Source: Selaginella moellendorffii (lineage: Eukaryota; Plantae; Lycopodiophyta). From it: 11,272 nucleotides of DNA. The notes beneath the pieces were generated by a model that was not told the origin of the DNA, made no database searches, and was given only the letters and a program-made list of their open reading frames with translations. The stretch spans positions 1-11,272 of the forward strand of contig NW_003314575.1 of NCBI RefSeq assembly GCF_000143415.4, given 5' to 3'. Shown in pieces: positions 7,431 through 11,272 of this stretch. The translations under genes were made by a program, and so were the position numbers. Every line of letters begins with the position of its first letter. The first letter of the stretch is position 1.

Positions 7431-8630
7431 TCTTCTGGAATGGATTTATAGTTCACTTAAGTAAAGGATATAATGATTGTTATTCATTTAGATTAAACAT
7501 ATATTTATAATTTATAAAGAAATTCATAACTTATAAACTTTTCTAAACACTTTCTAGTATATTTTAATTTACACTACCATCTTACATTAAACATGTTTAT
7601 AATTATTGATCAGTTGGATTAATAATTAAAACTAACCAAGAATAACACTATTATTAAGAAAACTAAGTGTTGTTGCATGAAAATTATCTATATATATATG
7701 TTTTGTTCTTTCATAATGGTTCAAATTTCATTATAATTTAATTCAATGGATAAGATATATTTTACTAACCATAGCATTCATTTCCTAATCTAATAGTGCT
7801 GATTATGTAAACTGTTAAACTATTTACTAACCAGAAAAGAAGTGTAATAATGCTTATTTATAACTGATATTGCTTATATGCCTAAGCTTTTCTAAGAGCT
7901 ATGGATCATTTTTTGGGATGGGCTCTTTCACTTTTATCCTAGTAGAAAAAGATTTCTTATAAGTTGTTCACTATTTTATTAATAGAGTCATGTTTTACTC
8001 TTGTGTGATAGTCTTTCAATTGAAGACTGTTTTTATGTGTCTTGGATGCATAAAATAACAAGACAATGAATACAATGAAACCATTTTCATGTCTTCTCAA
8101 AAATAGTATATATCTAAAAATATTTTAAAATTATCATCCTATATCTATATATATATATATATTACTTTTGTATTCTTTTATTTTATTTCCTATTAGAGAT
8201 TCTGAAATTAGGCTTCTTGACACATTGGCTAGCTAGAAGTGCAATTAATAATTCTTGTAGCTACAATGTGTACTTAAAATTCAACCTTGAAAATATACTA
8301 TGATGAATTAATAAATATTTTGTAATAGACATAATTACTATGACTTTTTTTAAATAAAAAAATTACTGAAAAATAAATTAACAAGTTAATAAGAGATAGA
8401 ACACAAGAGATCAGCTGAACCCAACAGACACCCACTCCTTACAAACAAGGCCACTAGTTCTCCCTACATCATATGACACTACAACATAAGGAATGCAAGT
8501 AAAGATCTAGAGCACCCCAAGCAGCTAAAATGGGTAAGGATCAAGGATGCCAAAGACATAGAATGACACCACCAAAATTATCCAGATTGCAATTCATCAG
8601 TCTCATACTTTAAGATGGGACCATATCCAT
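7431..8630. other. AT-rich, CpG-free non-coding block
   Basis: No CG dinucleotide found by eye between 7430 and 8631. Line 7501-7560 has 9/60 G+C. No ORF in the track lies within the block apart from the last codons of 7234-7464. Confidence 0.75.
8146..8161. repeat. (TA)8 microsatellite
   Basis: Direct reading. Confidence 0.9.
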
Positions 8631-8652
8631 CGCTCTCATGCTTCAAGATGGG
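8595..8652. repeat. Imperfect direct repeat: two 25-bp copies with a 33-bp period
   Basis: CATCAGTCTCATACTTTAAGATGGG (8595-8619) vs CATCGCTCTCATGCTTCAAGATGGG (8628-8652), 21/25 identical. Confidence 0.8.
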
Positions 8653-8674
8653 CATCCAGAAACTATCAAAACAA

Positions 8675-8701
8675 ATAGATAGATAGATAGATAGATAGAT
8701 A
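8675..8701. repeat. (ATAG)6+ microsatellite
   Basis: Direct reading. Confidence 0.92.
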
Positions 8702-8755
8702 ATTGTATGAAGATATGGAATATATTAAGAATTAAAGTATGTTTTTATATGAGTA

Positions 8756-8787
8756 TATATGGTTTATATATGGTTTTTATATGGTTT
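8756..8787. repeat. Three tandem copies of TATATGGTTT
   Basis: tatatggttt-a-tatatggttt-t-tatatggttt read directly. Confidence 0.7.
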
Positions 8788-9000
8788 TTGTTCTTCCATT
8801 GGATGCACAACGAGAGAGGATCAATAGTGGCGAGGATTGGAGACTGCTGAACAAGGTGTCAAAGACCGTGAAAGAATGGCTGAATACACAAAAGACATTA
8901 GCAAGCTCACAGTGACAACTAATGTAATCCTTAAAACCACACGAAATAAAGCGGAGCCCACAGTTATCCGTTAAAGAGGAAAATTCGCTTATTCCTCGGA

Positions 9001-9220
9001 AAACGGCGCTTGACCGGTCGTACGGCGGGTGACCGGTAACGTCGCCGTCGGCGCCGCGCTGGACATGCTTAAGCATATGCCGTTACCGGCCGTCCCGATC
9101 CGCCCAGAATATGCCCCTTTTCTTTGATGTCGTTACAGACGGCAATGTGTACCGGCGTCTGGGATAATTTTATAGGCACGTGAATTTGCCGTCACAGTGC
9201 CATCACAGGCGTTTACCGAG
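9001..9220. repeat. CpG-rich cluster of ~11-bp direct and inverted motifs (TGCCGTYACMG-like)
   Basis: Copies at 9078-9088, 9128-9138, 9187-9197 and 9198-9208; inverted copy at 9033-9041; palindrome ATGCTTAAGCAT at 9065-9076. Confidence 0.6.
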
Positions 9221-9905
9221 GCAGGCTACTATGGACCCAAATAGTCACCCCACTCCACTACCTTTATCTTCTAATAGCTCTCTCGTAGCTATAGCGTGGT
9301 GGTGATTGGAGAGGATAATTACTGTACTCAATGCACCTTTAAAGCCGCGCGCGGGCGTTGCGTTTCGCTCTCTTCCACCCCTCGTTTTCGAGGACGGTGT
9401 GGCGGATCGAGCACAGCGTCGATTATTTCAGCTATGAAACCTAAACTAGCAAAGCGAGGAAAACTTTTCGAGGATGCACCACCGTCCTTGCAAAATCTTC
9501 CGGCAAAACCAAAAATCCGCTAAGAATCCCTAAAGCCTAAGCAAAACCAGCCTATTGTATCTCGTATACGCAAGAAAGATAAGAATGGGGCTGTGTGACA
9601 AAACGATCAATCATTCTTCCGTACGTCTAGGAGCGCAGTCACCTATCCATTGGCATTTACTGCGCGCAAATGGAGGGGTATTTGTCCTGCGGCTTCCGTG
9701 CAGCGGCATCTCCGCCGTCCTGCCCCGCGCGCGCATCCGACGGCGGGGGACAACCGAGACGTTTCTTTTGCCGGTTGCAGAAATTCCATTCTTGAATCCC
9801 ATCGCCATCCCTGCGCAAGAAGCCCAGTCGGGGCATTTGTCATTCATCGCGCGGTGTATGTCACGGGCTGTTTTGTTTGATTGATTGATCCACCACCTTG
9901 TTTTT

Positions 9906-9920
9906 TATATATATATATAT
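9906..9920. repeat. (TA)7 microsatellite
   Basis: Direct reading. Confidence 0.88.
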
Positions 9921-11272
9921 CTTTCGTTTTTAAACTTCGCTACGGCGCTTCTAAAGATCTCTCATTCAAGCCATGGAGATCGACACGCAGAGATTGCGAG
10001 TGAGCGAGCGAGATAACTTACGTTGCATTCAAAGGTTTTCCCGGGCCAGGCTCTAAAACCAGAAAGAAGATCACTTTTATGATCCGCAAGGGCTTCTTTT
10101 GTGTGGGTCGAGTGCTGCGAGCGATCCATTTTGAGTGTTTAATTCGGGTTCTCTGGTAACAGGGCGGCCCAGAGAGCGCGAGAGAACAAGCAAAATGCGT
10201 AATTGTGGGCTCTGTGGCCCCTGTTTTCTTGATGCCGCTCGCTGGCATTTGCTGCCCCGAAAGGGCAAGGCTTGAATGCCGCTACAGCGACGGATTTGCA
10301 TCGAAACCCAAGAACCATCCAAAACCAAAAGTAAAAAAGTAAAGGAAGAGATTTTTTACCACCTCCTCGAGAACATATTCTCGAGAAAATGCTCCAATGT
10401 GGTAAGAATCAAACGTTTGGATTGGTATCGGAATGGCCATGGTCGCTATTACGGGGGCCCAGAAAACCATACCCTCATAGTACATGGTTTTGTGTGTAAT
10501 TTAACGCGATGAAAATGGAAAGCTCGGATCAGGGTCATTGTCCAAGTCAAAATCGAAAACGGTGGCGCGAACCTCTGGGAATATTCGCGCTCCTTTATCA
10601 CAGCGATATAACCTAACGGTCTCCAGTCCCGTTTCACAACGAGGCAGTAAAAACACCACACCACTGCGCCGAGTTTGCGATCGAGAGAGAGAACGATCTG
10701 GCGAGCTCGGGCGAGCGCATTCGAAAACCCTCTTCCAGTGAATCGCTCGCTCATCGGATTTGGGGGCATTGAGTTTTCGGTTGGATTTTTTTTTGCTTTC
10801 TTCCCTCCTTTTGGGGACCAGTGTGTTCAGAGCGAGGAAGACGAAGGAAGGGACAGAGCAAAGCTGCGAGGAGGTGTTAAAAAAGCCTGGCCTGTGCTCT
10901 GCTGGGCAATGGTCCTGGCCGGCATGCGTGTGGCTTTCAAACCCAGCACATCAAACAGGTGATGAATGATCGATCGAAAGAGCTTTTGTCTTCCTCTTTT
11001 TTCCTCTCTTTCTTTCCCCCTTTTTTGATTCACCGATCCGTCTGACCGGACGATTTCTCTGCAACCAGGGGAATTCCTTGCAGGGATAAGCTTTTAACGA
11101 GCCCTTGATCGTCCGTTTTGGGTTGCCAGCAGTGTGTAATCCTCTCTTTCTCCCTCTCGCGCGATGGTATCCTCCTATCCTTCTTCGCATTTCTACTTCG
11201 AGCACGAAAGATCCGCGCTGCCCATCAGCAGGGCTCGCGTCGTTTGCCCCTTTTGAGCGTAAAAAAGCGATT

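Noticed and set aside
9435-9550. CCTAAA/CCCTAAA motifs as interstitial telomere repeats
   Set aside because: Only one exact CCCTAAA and a few degenerate, non-tandem copies.
9296-9884. Overlapping 66-109 aa ORFs on both strands
   Set aside because: No recognisable domains. Open frames on both strands are expected in this GC-rich patch.
10875-10950. Fold-back (AAAGCC/GGCTTT, TGCTGGG/CCCAGCA) as a miRNA precursor
   Set aside because: The stems are short and mutually competing, with no ~21-bp duplex and no match to conserved plant miRNAs I can recall.
10760-10969. 69-aa ORF as a secreted Cys-containing peptide
   Set aside because: It starts at TTG, and the hydrophobic 'signal' is a translated polypyrimidine tract that is better explained as an intron 3' end.

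Overview
Land-plant nuclear DNA. A lycophyte such as Selaginella is inferred from the ~85-nt introns, dense gene packing and a PPR built almost entirely of 31-aa S/SS motifs; the taxon is not verified. From left to right, all on the minus strand: (1) 1-1990, a decayed Ty1/copia LTR retrotransposon. A ~770-bp 5' LTR (TGTT...AACA) and a tRNA-iMet primer-binding site sit directly on RT/RNase H, so gag, protease, integrase and the RT catalytic core are missing. (2) ~2094-3098, a frameshifted PLS-PPR pseudogene. (3) 3103-5313, an intact intronless PLS-class PPR gene with 17 consecutive S motifs plus P2-L2-S2-E1 and a partial E2, and no DYW domain; its RNA-binding code is largely readable. (4) 5456-6428, a three-exon alpha-expansin ending only 142 bp upstream of the PPR start. 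The right ~4.8 kb has no recognisable protein gene. It holds a 1.2-kb AT-rich block with no CpG, microsatellites, a CpG-rich cluster of short direct and inverted repeats, and several splice-signal clusters that hint at unannotated transcripts. I found no clearly new biological system. The best leads are the predicted PPR target, the expansin-PPR transcriptional coupling, and the structure of the non-autonomous copia element.
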